Shown: in pieces, positions 35,471-44,124 of the stretch
Position numbering within the stretch: the first letter of the stretch is position 1
Layout: each line of letters opens with the position of its first letter
Notes under the pieces: model-generated
Databases searched by the model: none
What the model was told of the DNA's origin: nothing
Seen by the model: only the letters and a program-made list of their open reading frames with translations
Translations under genes and position numbers: made by a program
DNA from: a virus
Direction: 5' to 3' (one strand)
DNA length: 50,097 bases
IMG/VR virus record: IMGVR_UViG_3300021448_000209

Positions 35471-35548
35471 CGGACTACAGCCCAGAGTTATAGCTTAGAG
35501 TTATAGCTTAAAGCTATAGCCCAGAGCTATACCGCTCACCTATAGCCT
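35471..35548. repeat. Six tandem 13-bp units, consensus AGAGYTATAGCCY
   Basis: Units in order: CGGACTACAGCCC, AGAGTTATAGCTT, AGAGTTATAGCTT, AAAGCTATAGCCC, AGAGCTATACCGC, TCACCTATAGCCT. The array contains the 17-bp palindrome tatagctt-a-aagctata at 35502..35518. By eye it is the most AT-rich spot of the late block. Confidence 0.85.
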
Positions 35549-35644
35549 TTTGTAGCTACGAGCGACGCCGCACACCCACCCCTCCGCCTTCCTGACGATC
35601 ACGATCGCCCACCGAACACCCACGATTAGCCACGCAACTACCAC

Positions 35645-37585
35645 ATGACATTCCGAACACGAGACAAAAACGAAGCACAGTCGCTCGACGTAAACCAGAT
35701 CCTCGACCGCCTCTCTGGACGGGGGTACATTAGCGGTGGTCGCGCAACAGCCGGCGCGGCTACCCATCAGGTCGACCTCACCGCTATCTCCGTCTACATG
35801 GAGGGGACAGTCCACCAAAAGCCAGCTACGGAGGTCCATCTACAAGAGTACGTCAATCAGTCGAATCCCAAAAAGGTCGTTGTATATATAAATACGGACG
35901 GACAGTACGACATACAGGACGGGGTTGCCGAGCGGAACCTCCCCGATAACGAAATACGGTTCAACACGTACAGGCCGGCTCCCGCCGACTTTTACGGCAT
36001 TACCGGCGTCCCGGTCGCCGAGATATGGCTCGACGCCGGGGCCGACGAGATACGGGACCAAGACATCCGAAGCCGCCGGGTACCCGCGACGGGCGAACTC
36101 TATGAGTTCCTTGCTCAGGTGCTTGAGGCCAACGATAAGTTCATCGACCCGGCCGGAAACGAGCACACGGACGGGGTAGCCGCAACCTCCGATGTACCCT
36201 CGGACAGCGACATCATCGATCTGATAAACAACGACTCAGACCACGGAACGACAGCCCCACACAATTACACTGAATTACACGGCGAGCTATCGGGGGTCCA
36301 GTCCGACCAACATCACGAGCGGTACACCGCGAGCGAAGCCCAGAACGCAGTCACCGGAGAGGTCGATATTGCCGATCTAAGAGGTGACTCGGGGTCGGCC
36401 GGGCAACGCCCCGAGGTCCAGTCCGACGGTTCTATCGACCTCACAGACGTCCCGATGGCCGAAGCCCCCCGGATCAAGAACGGGTCGATCACGCTCGCAG
36501 GCGGCGAACCGAACTCGGTCTCAATCCGAGCGGCGTCGAGCCCGACCGTTCCGGTCTTTATCACGTTCGACGAGACCCCGCCGTCATGGTCGGCCGACTA
36601 TGCTTGGAAAAAGTCGATCGACTACCGAACCGAACGGTCGACCGGGGACCGGTATCTCGACATCGACTTTACCTGGGCGACTGATCCCGGCGGCGGGAAC
36701 GATCTCACGCTTAACTACCACGTCTACGATTTAAGCCCCGCGACGGTCAAAGGCAAATACAGCGATTCCAAGGCGATCGACGCCATGACCGGGGCGTCGA
36801 TCTTTCCCTACTCCGTCGACGTCGAGGACTCGTTTACTTTACCCCAGTACAACGACCTGAGCAACTACCCATCCCCATCGATCGGCGACGAGGCGATCGT
36901 TACGGGGGCCAATGCCAACTGGGAAGGTGGGAAGTACGTCTACTACTCGGGACAATGGAACGGCCCGTTTAGCTCCGGCGTATCGGCGCTGAGCGGCCTT
37001 GCGATCGACGCAACCAAGGACTGGCAAGGGAAGCGTATCACGAACCTCGGAGCCCCGCAGAACCAAACTGACTCCGCAAGAAAGGCAGAGGTCGATCAGG
37101 GCATTGCAAACCACGAAAGCAATAACAGCGCCCACCACAGTAAAACGACCTCTTCGGACATTGATCACACTGGCATTAGCAACGTCCAGAGTGATCAACA
37201 CCACTCCCGATACAGCGATACGGAAGCGCTCAAGGCGTCACTGGGGCCATCCTTTACGTGGAAACCAACTCAGGCCCTCTCACAGGACGGTCAACGGTTA
37301 GTAACACGGATCGCCGTCGATTCGGGGGAAACGCTCGTACTGACGCGCGTCGAGGTATTCGACGAAAACGCTACCATACCGGGCGGGGTCACATTCAGAG
37401 TCTACAAGAACGGTAACGAGACCTACCGGGTCAGTAGCAACGTTACCAGAGGCTCGGTCTCGAACCCGGTCACGACGGTTAGCGGGCAAGCCAACGTCCG
37501 ATTCGAGATAGTGAATCAGTCCGGTGAGGAGAACCTACTCTCGGGGACCGCGAAGTACGGCTACCTCGATGATAGCAACATCTGA
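35645..37585 (+). CDS. Tail fibre protein
   Basis: 646 aa. It contains an internally duplicated motif, SGVQSDQHHERYTASEA and SNVQSDQHHSRYSDTEA. It is the first gene after the 13-bp array. Confidence 0.6.
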   Translation: MTFRTRDKNEAQSLDVNQILDRLSGRGYISGGRATAGAATHQVDLTAISVYMEGTVHQKPATEVHLQEYVNQSNPKKVVVYINTDGQYDIQDGVAERNLPDNEIRFNTYRPAPADFYGITGVPVAEIWLDAGADEIRDQDIRSRRVPATGELYEFLAQVLEANDKFIDPAGNEHTDGVAATSDVPSDSDIIDLINNDSDHGTTAPHNYTELHGELSGVQSDQHHERYTASEAQNAVTGEVDIADLRGDSGSAGQRPEVQSDGSIDLTDVPMAEAPRIKNGSITLAGGEPNSVSIRAASSPTVPVFITFDETPPSWSADYAWKKSIDYRTERSTGDRYLDIDFTWATDPGGGNDLTLNYHVYDLSPATVKGKYSDSKAIDAMTGASIFPYSVDVEDSFTLPQYNDLSNYPSPSIGDEAIVTGANANWEGGKYVYYSGQWNGPFSSGVSALSGLAIDATKDWQGKRITNLGAPQNQTDSARKAEVDQGIANHESNNSAHHSKTTSSDIDHTGISNVQSDQHHSRYSDTEALKASLGPSFTWKPTQALSQDGQRLVTRIAVDSGETLVLTRVEVFDENATIPGGVTFRVYKNGNETYRVSSNVTRGSVSNPVTTVSGQANVRFEIVNQSGEENLLSGTAKYGYLDDSNI

Positions 37586-37587
37586 TC

Positions 37588-38256
37588 ATGACAGAGGATA
37601 AGAGCCTGTCAATCGATAACGACGCGCTACAATTCTCCTCCGATCGGAACGACGCGCTCTCGATCGGGCCGACGTCGGTTATCATAGACGACTTTGAGTA
37701 TGCATCCCGAAGCGGATACGAGGACGCCTACGATACCGGGACCTACCGGTACGAACTAACATCCTCGAACGTCTCGCACGGCTCACAGGCGATCTACCAC
37801 ACTCGTAACCAGCACAACGAGTTCGTCTCCATGCCGTCGAACGGCCGGCTAAACTACTACCCCGAAATCGGTGATACCCTCGCGGTTCGTATGGCGGTCA
37901 CCGGGAGCGGTCAGTGGCCGTACATCAGCTTTGGACACCAAGGCCCGGATGATGATACGAGATACCGAGTCGAACTCAATTCAGACGACAATAATGTCGA
38001 GGTCTCGGCAACGTATAGTAACGGCCATGAGCAGGTTCTTGCGGCAAGTCACAACGTTGTTCACAACCAGTATTACGAAGTGATCTGTAATACCTGGTTC
38101 GAGGGGAGCGACGTCGGGCTTGAGATCGAGGCAACGAACGGGTCGGATCAGATCGGGCCGGTAAGTACCGTCGACAGCGAGTACGCATACAGCGGCGACG
38201 GTGTTGGGTTCGGCGGGGAAGGAAAAACATACCACGACTACGCCCGGGTGATATGA
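37588..38256 (+). CDS. Jelly-roll (ConA/LamG-like) fibre-associated protein
   Basis: 222 aa, starting 3 nt after the fibre stop. Shares motifs with the 4721 ORF. GC looks lower than the surroundings by eye. Confidence 0.55.
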   Translation: MTEDKSLSIDNDALQFSSDRNDALSIGPTSVIIDDFEYASRSGYEDAYDTGTYRYELTSSNVSHGSQAIYHTRNQHNEFVSMPSNGRLNYYPEIGDTLAVRMAVTGSGQWPYISFGHQGPDDDTRYRVELNSDDNNVEVSATYSNGHEQVLAASHNVVHNQYYEVICNTWFEGSDVGLEIEATNGSDQIGPVSTVDSEYAYSGDGVGFGGEGKTYHDYARVI

Positions 38257-38260
38257 TCGG

Positions 38261-39310
38261 ATGAGCATCAACGAACGGCTATGGATCAACGACGACCCCG
38301 ACGACACCGACAGTGACGAGGAGCGGGGGTTCGCGAGCAGAGAGGTCAAAACCCAACGGTCGCGGGTCGGATATGAGTTCAAGGACACTATCAGCGAGAC
38401 CGGATCGCCGACGCAATTCGTATTTGCCGCCGATCACTGGGATTCGATCCATCAGTACACGACCGTTCTCGTCTCGAACCCGACGACCGCCGCCGTAACC
38501 GAACAGGTTACCGTGCGGTGGTTGGACGGGCCGGAAGACAAACGCGGTGTCCCGGCCAGCGAACGACTTGAGGGTAACAACGAGATCGCTAATAAGACGA
38601 TCGAGACCACGGTCCCCGAAGGCGGGACCGCCGAGATAGACTACAGAGACGTTCTGTTCGGTATCGCAAACCGGGACGTCCTGATCCTCGTCGAGACAAG
38701 CGGAACCGATCTGGACGTACTCAGAACCGATACAACGGTCCTCGGTACCCATCACGAGACGGCGGTCGTCGAAGGTGGGGCCATAGAGACGACCGATCAC
38801 TACGGCCGACTAATAAGACGAACCGACCCGATCGACGGAGCGACCGAGTACCCTCACGGAGTCACCGTCGATGGCCGGCAGGCGGATCTTGGTCACGGAA
38901 GCCGCTACGAGTGGACAGACATGGGTAGCGTTGCTACCCCGACCGGCGGACAGTCGATCACGTCGACCTCGTGGACCGAGACGATCGGGCCGGATTCGAG
39001 GGGGGTCGTTCGAGGCGGCAACGACGTCCCGACCGGTATCGAGGCGGTCGGGATCGGTGCTACCCTGGCGATCGATAACGATACCAGCGGCGAGACAACG
39101 GGTGTCCGACTTTACGACGCAACCAACGACCAACCTATCCCCGGGACCGAGGTGTCGGCGACCGGAACGGGAGCCGAGCCGATCAGCATCGGCCCGGTCG
39201 CGTACGACCCCGGCGGGCCGTGGTTCTGTTCGGTCCAGGGGAGGGTCAGTGGCGGGACCGGGAGCGTCGAGTCGAGCCTATCTATCACGCGCCACGGTCG
39301 GCTCGGATAG
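38261..39310 (+). CDS. Hypothetical virion protein
   Basis: 349 aa, acidic and T/G-rich, same strand. Confidence 0.5.
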   Translation: MSINERLWINDDPDDTDSDEERGFASREVKTQRSRVGYEFKDTISETGSPTQFVFAADHWDSIHQYTTVLVSNPTTAAVTEQVTVRWLDGPEDKRGVPASERLEGNNEIANKTIETTVPEGGTAEIDYRDVLFGIANRDVLILVETSGTDLDVLRTDTTVLGTHHETAVVEGGAIETTDHYGRLIRRTDPIDGATEYPHGVTVDGRQADLGHGSRYEWTDMGSVATPTGGQSITSTSWTETIGPDSRGVVRGGNDVPTGIEAVGIGATLAIDNDTSGETTGVRLYDATNDQPIPGTEVSATGTGAEPISIGPVAYDPGGPWFCSVQGRVSGGTGSVESSLSITRHGRLG

Positions 39311-39439
39311 CACCGAAATAGCCCCTATCGAAACATACTACACCCACCGGACAGTAAATCCGCACGCGAACGTAACTAAGCGGGCTGTCGTGACCACCCA
39401 ACTACGAGCGGCAGCACGGATACGAGAAACACCAACACG

Positions 39440-42400
39440 ATGTCAGCGAGCCTACAGCACGTTTTAGAGGTCGATAGCACAGTCAACGAGTCGAACACGG
39501 ACTATCGACTCGACCTCCCGACCGGGGCCGCCGTATCGGAACCGGGCGAAACGGGAGCGGAGAGCACGACCATTTACAGGGACAAGGGGGATAGCATCAA
39601 AATCGACGGGACTGTCGATAACGGCGTCCACACCTTCCGATTCAACTGTCCAGAGGGCGAAGAGGAGTCGGTTACCGTCCTGGTTCGGGGCGACGACCCG
39701 GCCCCAGAGGTCCGGGTCGACGATACCGTGATCGCCGAGGCCGAAATGCCCGATACTCAGGTATCGATCGAATCGGCAACCGCCGATGAGGTCGGGTACC
39801 ACCTCTGGACCACCGGCCCGATTGAAGAGCCCGAAAGCTCCGCGGAGGACACCGAGGCGATCAGGACGAACGGGGTCGAGGGACGAGTCGATGAGACGGA
39901 CACGGATAGCTACACCGTCGACGGCCGGATACTGAATGTGCGGGCCACCTCCGGTGACGTCGCCGATCTCTCGATCACTGTCAACGGCGAGGAGTTCGAC
40001 CCCACGTCGTTGCCGGCGTTCGACCACGAAATCGTGTTCTCCGTCGAACCGGGGGTCACCGAGGACGTCAACTACTCGGTCGCGGTCGGAGAGGACGGAG
40101 AGATCCACTACTCGCTCGACCCGATGGCCCACGGGACCGACGGCAGCGGGACCGAAGGGACCGTCGGCGAAGGGAACCGGGACGCCTACTTTTTCCACGG
40201 CCCGATCACCGAGTTCGGGTCCGAACGTATCGAGGATCTGTCGGTAATGCTCGATGGCAAGCCGTGCGATCCCGTGGCGATCGCCGAGAGCGGGTGGTCG
40301 CCGGGCGATCCGGTCCCAGAACCCGACGACTCGTCGGACAACGACGAATCGGACGGTAACGACTCTGAGGACGGCGATAGCGGCGGATCGGACGGTAACC
40401 CCGAGGAACCCGGTTCTGGGGACGCTACCCCTGGGGTAAGAGCCTACAACTTCGGTCCCAATGATGCCCAACGAGTCGACCTCACTTTCGAGACCGTCGT
40501 CGACGCTTCGGACATCGGGGCCACCCCCGAGGGCGGCTCGATCGCCGACCCGATCGAGTCGTTCGTGGAGGACAGCGACTCGGATAGCATCCTGGTCCGG
40601 TTCGATCAGGCCGGTACCTACTCGGTCGACGAAACAATCTCTATCACCGGGGACCGGGACGTCGGATTCGTCGTTCATCCCGACGTCGACAACGACGTCC
40701 GGGTCCGACCGGCCAACGGATTCAAAGCCGGGTCACGGCCATATGGATCACAGCTCTTTGAGTTTGAGAACCGCCACGCGCTGATCGACGGCTTCGATCT
40801 CGACTATCGCGGCGAGGACGTTAGCCCATCGATCACGTTCGAGACGCGACATACGTCGGTCGCGAACGACATCGAACAGCTTGGTCGCGCGCTTCCCGCT
40901 GACGGCCGGCCCGCACGGTACGGGTTCTACACGGCGGTCGAGGACCCCAACGCGACCATGATCTACCGGAACGTGCGGATGCCCCATGCCGACCGCATCG
41001 AGAACTACACCGACGGCGGCGACACCGGTCGGTGGGGCTACTACGCCAACCCCAATAACAAAGCGACGATCGAGTTGATCGACTGTGTGGTCCGCGAGAC
41101 AAGCGGTCACGGGATCTACGCTGCGGCCTCGCAGAACGACGTGAACGTTCGCGGGGGCAACTGGGGCAACACCTACGGCGTTAACATCAGGGTCCCCGCC
41201 TCGTCGACGGTCGAGAACGTGATCGTCGAAAAAGACGCCGAAGAGTACGACGGCCCCGGCGGGACCGGGTGCTCGGGTCACCTCGTCTTTTTCGAGACGA
41301 AAAAGCGGAAATCTGACCAAGCACCCGAAAACGGTGGGCTCATCCGTGGGTGTAACATCCGAACTGGCACCTGGGAGGGCAACCTCCGAGGTGGGATCGT
41401 AGTCGCCAAATCTCACGGTCACCTCCGGGTCGAGGACACAAACGTCCAGATCGATACGGACGATACCCCCGGGCTCCATGCGTTCGAGCCCGACGGTGGT
41501 CCGTGGATCATCGACGACTCGCCACGAGAGGGCCACGGCAGCTATCACCTCCCCCCGGAGCCCAGAACGATCGAGATCCGTAACTCGACGTTTAGCGGGA
41601 AGGGAGACGGGGAGCCGGACATCGACATCGACAAGCGCCCCGGTAGCACCGTTAAGAACGTCTCGACCGAGCGGGGCATCGTCGGAACCGTCGAGGACAT
41701 CACTGGCGACGGCGAGGACCCCGACACCGGGGAGCCCGGAACGGGCCTGCCGGACGGTCCCGACCCGAACGGGTGGGGACGAAACCCCGAGCCACAGGAT
41801 CTCAGGGAGCATCCCGACGGCGAAACGATTGATCACGAGGGGTACGATCATATCCTCGTCGCCGATGGCAAGGTCCGCGGGAGCGACAGCAACGAGTATG
41901 TCTTTGTGGTCGCCGGAGAGGTCGAGGCGGTCATGGAACCGTCCGCCTGGGAGGGCGATCACGTCCACCCGACCGGCAACTTCGCTATCGTTACGGGGAC
42001 GGTCGACAACGGTCGCGACGCATACCGGTTCAACGGGACTGTCGTACACGCGGCCGTCGAGCATCACCTCGAACATCACTACGCGGACCCCGACGACGTG
42101 CTTGAGGGCCGGCATACATGGCGTGACGCGCCATTCGAGTTCCGGGTGGACGGCGTACCCCGAAACCCGCTCGAACTTGAGCCAAAGGTCCCGTTCGGCC
42201 ACACCAAGGCGTCGGAAATGCCCGACCACCTAACGATCACCGAATCGGAGTGTGATCACGTTGCTACCAACTACGAGGAGCTTGAGCATATCGTCGACGA
42301 ACGGCTTAGTCCCGGCGAGCGCTTCGGGATCAAGGGCGACGGCTTCGAACTTCCGGGTGGAGAAGGCGTTAAGTTAGAGATCCCCGACGATAGGGTCGCC

Positions 42401-43672
42401 CTCGTGTGGCTCCCTGGCAACGACGGTACATACCCTGAGCTATACCGGGACGGACTCGGCGAGGACGATAGTTGGGGTAACTGTCAGATCCAACTACAGG
42501 GCGACTATGTATCGGTGTGGAACCCGGTCATGCGCGGGCCGTTCGACTCGCCGCACGGCTACGGCGACGGCGGTCGTATCCGAGGTCTCGAATTTACCGG
42601 TCTACACCCGATCTCGGTCAACTCGCATACCTGGTATTGGTCACACGCCGGGATCTCCCACCGAGGTACCGGCGGGGTCAGTCTCGGCGGCGACAGTCAC
42701 CACAACCAACAGGCCGGCTTAGGGTATGGTGGCTCCGCGAGCGGGCAAATCGACGACGATGATATCGGGTACAAGAAGGAGGACGTGCTCGACGCCGTGG
42801 GAGACTGGCATGAGCGGACCACGTTCAAGATGCTCGACCTGGACGCCAACCGCCACTCGATCGCATCCGGCTCTCACGGCAGCTACGAGCTTGCCTATTC
42901 CCGGTCGGGCAAACAAGCGCGGTTCGGGAGCCACGTTCTCGACGCCCACCGGCCAGGTGGGGACATCGTAATTGTCCATGACTGTGTAGTCAGGAAGCCG
43001 GAACTCGGCATGACCGACGGGGACGAGAACGTTCCCGGGTTCGTTATGCGCGGGTGGGCTCAGACAGCGTGCGTGCTCAGTAACGTTTGGTTTACGTGGG
43101 GTCCCGAGCCCGACCCAGAGAACCGCAACGAGTTCGTTGGCACCGATAAGGGCGCGACGATCCAACAGAAGTACGCATCGAGTTGGGACAACTGGCAAGA
43201 GGGCGACGTCGACGAGTCAAGCGATATGCGCCTCGTACGGGGGCAACACTCGTTCGACGAAAAACCATTCCGGCGTCTCTATTGGACCAACTGTGCGTTC
43301 GGCCCCGAACGGCCCGGATGGGTCAAACGGTACCTCGTCCCCGGCAAGGTCGAGTACCCCGGCCTAATCTCGGTCCAGGCCCTCGGTTCGAGCGCGGCGT
43401 ACACAATCGAGGTCGCGGCCGGCGGGGAAATCGTCCCCGGGTCCAAGTTCGGAGTCGGCGACGACGACCCGGCCGACGTGATCGGCGAGAACGGCCGATC
43501 CGCGGAAGGCGCTGTCGGTGGATCGGGCGAGGACACCCTCCGATTTACCGGCAACGTGACTGACTTTAGACTCGACGGCCCCGCCAATGTGGTCGTAACG
43601 CTCCCGAGCGGATGGACGTTCGACCCCGGTCCAATGTCCGTCGGGGCAAGCATCGATCTCAGGCAGAGTTAG
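39440..43672 (+). CDS. Giant multi-domain beta-helix protein (1410 aa) with repeated small beta-sandwich modules
   Basis: There are five copies of a G-x-V-x(3-5)-D-x-Y-x-F-x-G module. The central region has beta-helix rungs (IELIDCVVRETSGHGIYAAAS, VENVIVEKD, LIRGCNIRTG). The C-terminal half carries ANRHSIASGSHG and LDAHRPGG. Confidence 0.7.
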   Translation: MSASLQHVLEVDSTVNESNTDYRLDLPTGAAVSEPGETGAESTTIYRDKGDSIKIDGTVDNGVHTFRFNCPEGEEESVTVLVRGDDPAPEVRVDDTVIAEAEMPDTQVSIESATADEVGYHLWTTGPIEEPESSAEDTEAIRTNGVEGRVDETDTDSYTVDGRILNVRATSGDVADLSITVNGEEFDPTSLPAFDHEIVFSVEPGVTEDVNYSVAVGEDGEIHYSLDPMAHGTDGSGTEGTVGEGNRDAYFFHGPITEFGSERIEDLSVMLDGKPCDPVAIAESGWSPGDPVPEPDDSSDNDESDGNDSEDGDSGGSDGNPEEPGSGDATPGVRAYNFGPNDAQRVDLTFETVVDASDIGATPEGGSIADPIESFVEDSDSDSILVRFDQAGTYSVDETISITGDRDVGFVVHPDVDNDVRVRPANGFKAGSRPYGSQLFEFENRHALIDGFDLDYRGEDVSPSITFETRHTSVANDIEQLGRALPADGRPARYGFYTAVEDPNATMIYRNVRMPHADRIENYTDGGDTGRWGYYANPNNKATIELIDCVVRETSGHGIYAAASQNDVNVRGGNWGNTYGVNIRVPASSTVENVIVEKDAEEYDGPGGTGCSGHLVFFETKKRKSDQAPENGGLIRGCNIRTGTWEGNLRGGIVVAKSHGHLRVEDTNVQIDTDDTPGLHAFEPDGGPWIIDDSPREGHGSYHLPPEPRTIEIRNSTFSGKGDGEPDIDIDKRPGSTVKNVSTERGIVGTVEDITGDGEDPDTGEPGTGLPDGPDPNGWGRNPEPQDLREHPDGETIDHEGYDHILVADGKVRGSDSNEYVFVVAGEVEAVMEPSAWEGDHVHPTGNFAIVTGTVDNGRDAYRFNGTVVHAAVEHHLEHHYADPDDVLEGRHTWRDAPFEFRVDGVPRNPLELEPKVPFGHTKASEMPDHLTITESECDHVATNYEELEHIVDERLSPGERFGIKGDGFELPGGEGVKLEIPDDRVALVWLPGNDGTYPELYRDGLGEDDSWGNCQIQLQGDYVSVWNPVMRGPFDSPHGYGDGGRIRGLEFTGLHPISVNSHTWYWSHAGISHRGTGGVSLGGDSHHNQQAGLGYGGSASGQIDDDDIGYKKEDVLDAVGDWHERTTFKMLDLDANRHSIASGSHGSYELAYSRSGKQARFGSHVLDAHRPGGDIVIVHDCVVRKPELGMTDGDENVPGFVMRGWAQTACVLSNVWFTWGPEPDPENRNEFVGTDKGATIQQKYASSWDNWQEGDVDESSDMRLVRGQHSFDEKPFRRLYWTNCAFGPERPGWVKRYLVPGKVEYPGLISVQALGSSAAYTIEVAAGGEIVPGSKFGVGDDDPADVIGENGRSAEGAVGGSGEDTLRFTGNVTDFRLDGPANVVVTLPSGWTFDPGPMSVGASIDLRQS

Positions 43673-43901
43673 AGCGCCACTCAGCGGCTACTACCAATGA
43701 TCCGTCGACACCTACACTCGACTGGACGGAGCCGATCAGAGGACAGCACAGCGCCTACAAGGGCCGATGGGGGATGGAGGTGGGGGTCGACAGCTACCCT
43801 CGTCTATCCACTTCCCATCGGCGATCCCGATGATACAGACGGTGGGTCGCCGGCCGCACCCGCCGTCTCCCGACACCGTAGCGGCCGATGCGAGCGTTAC
43901 C

Positions 43902-43936
43902 GGTAGCACAGCGCTACCACGCAGATCCTACTTTTT
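43902..43936 (+). terminator. Hairpin plus T5 run, candidate terminator of the late block
   Basis: ggtagc (43902..43907), loop acagc, gctacc (43913..43918), then TTTTT at 43932..43936. It lies in the convergent gap between the plus and minus blocks. Confidence 0.35.
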
Positions 43937-43989
43937 AGCGGATAACACAAAGAGAAAGAGACGACCGCGTAGCGACAGCTATAGCTCGA

Positions 43990-44124
43990 TTAGAAGCCGT
44001 AGATCGCCCAGTACAACGCGATCAGCAACAGCACCGGGACAAGCCACCGGAGCACCGCCGAGACGACCTTGGACGCAACCCAAACGAACACGGCGAGTAC
44101 AAGGAGCGACAGCCACTCGATCAT
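43990..44124 (-). CDS. Membrane microprotein (44 aa, two hydrophobic helices)
   Basis: Too short for the ORF track. MIEWLSLLVLAVFVWVASKVVSAVLRWLVPVLLLIALYWAIYGF. Its ATG overlaps the polymerase TGA (ATGA). Confidence 0.45.
   Translation of the reverse strand: MIEWLSLLVLAVFVWVASKVVSAVLRWLVPVLLLIALYWAIYGF

Noticed and set aside
35471-35548. The 13-bp tandem array as a CRISPR array or mini-array
   Set aside because: The units are contiguous with no spacers, only 13 bp long and degenerate. No cas genes or leader are present.
39464-42229. Long minus-strand ORFs (39464..40678, 404 aa; 40748..42229, 493 aa) opposite the 1410-aa gene
   Set aside because: These are typical antisense shadow ORFs of high-GC DNA. 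Their translations are Arg/Pro/Val/Gly-rich and basic, unlike the acidic proteome. The plus-strand frame has recognisable domain repeats and operon context.
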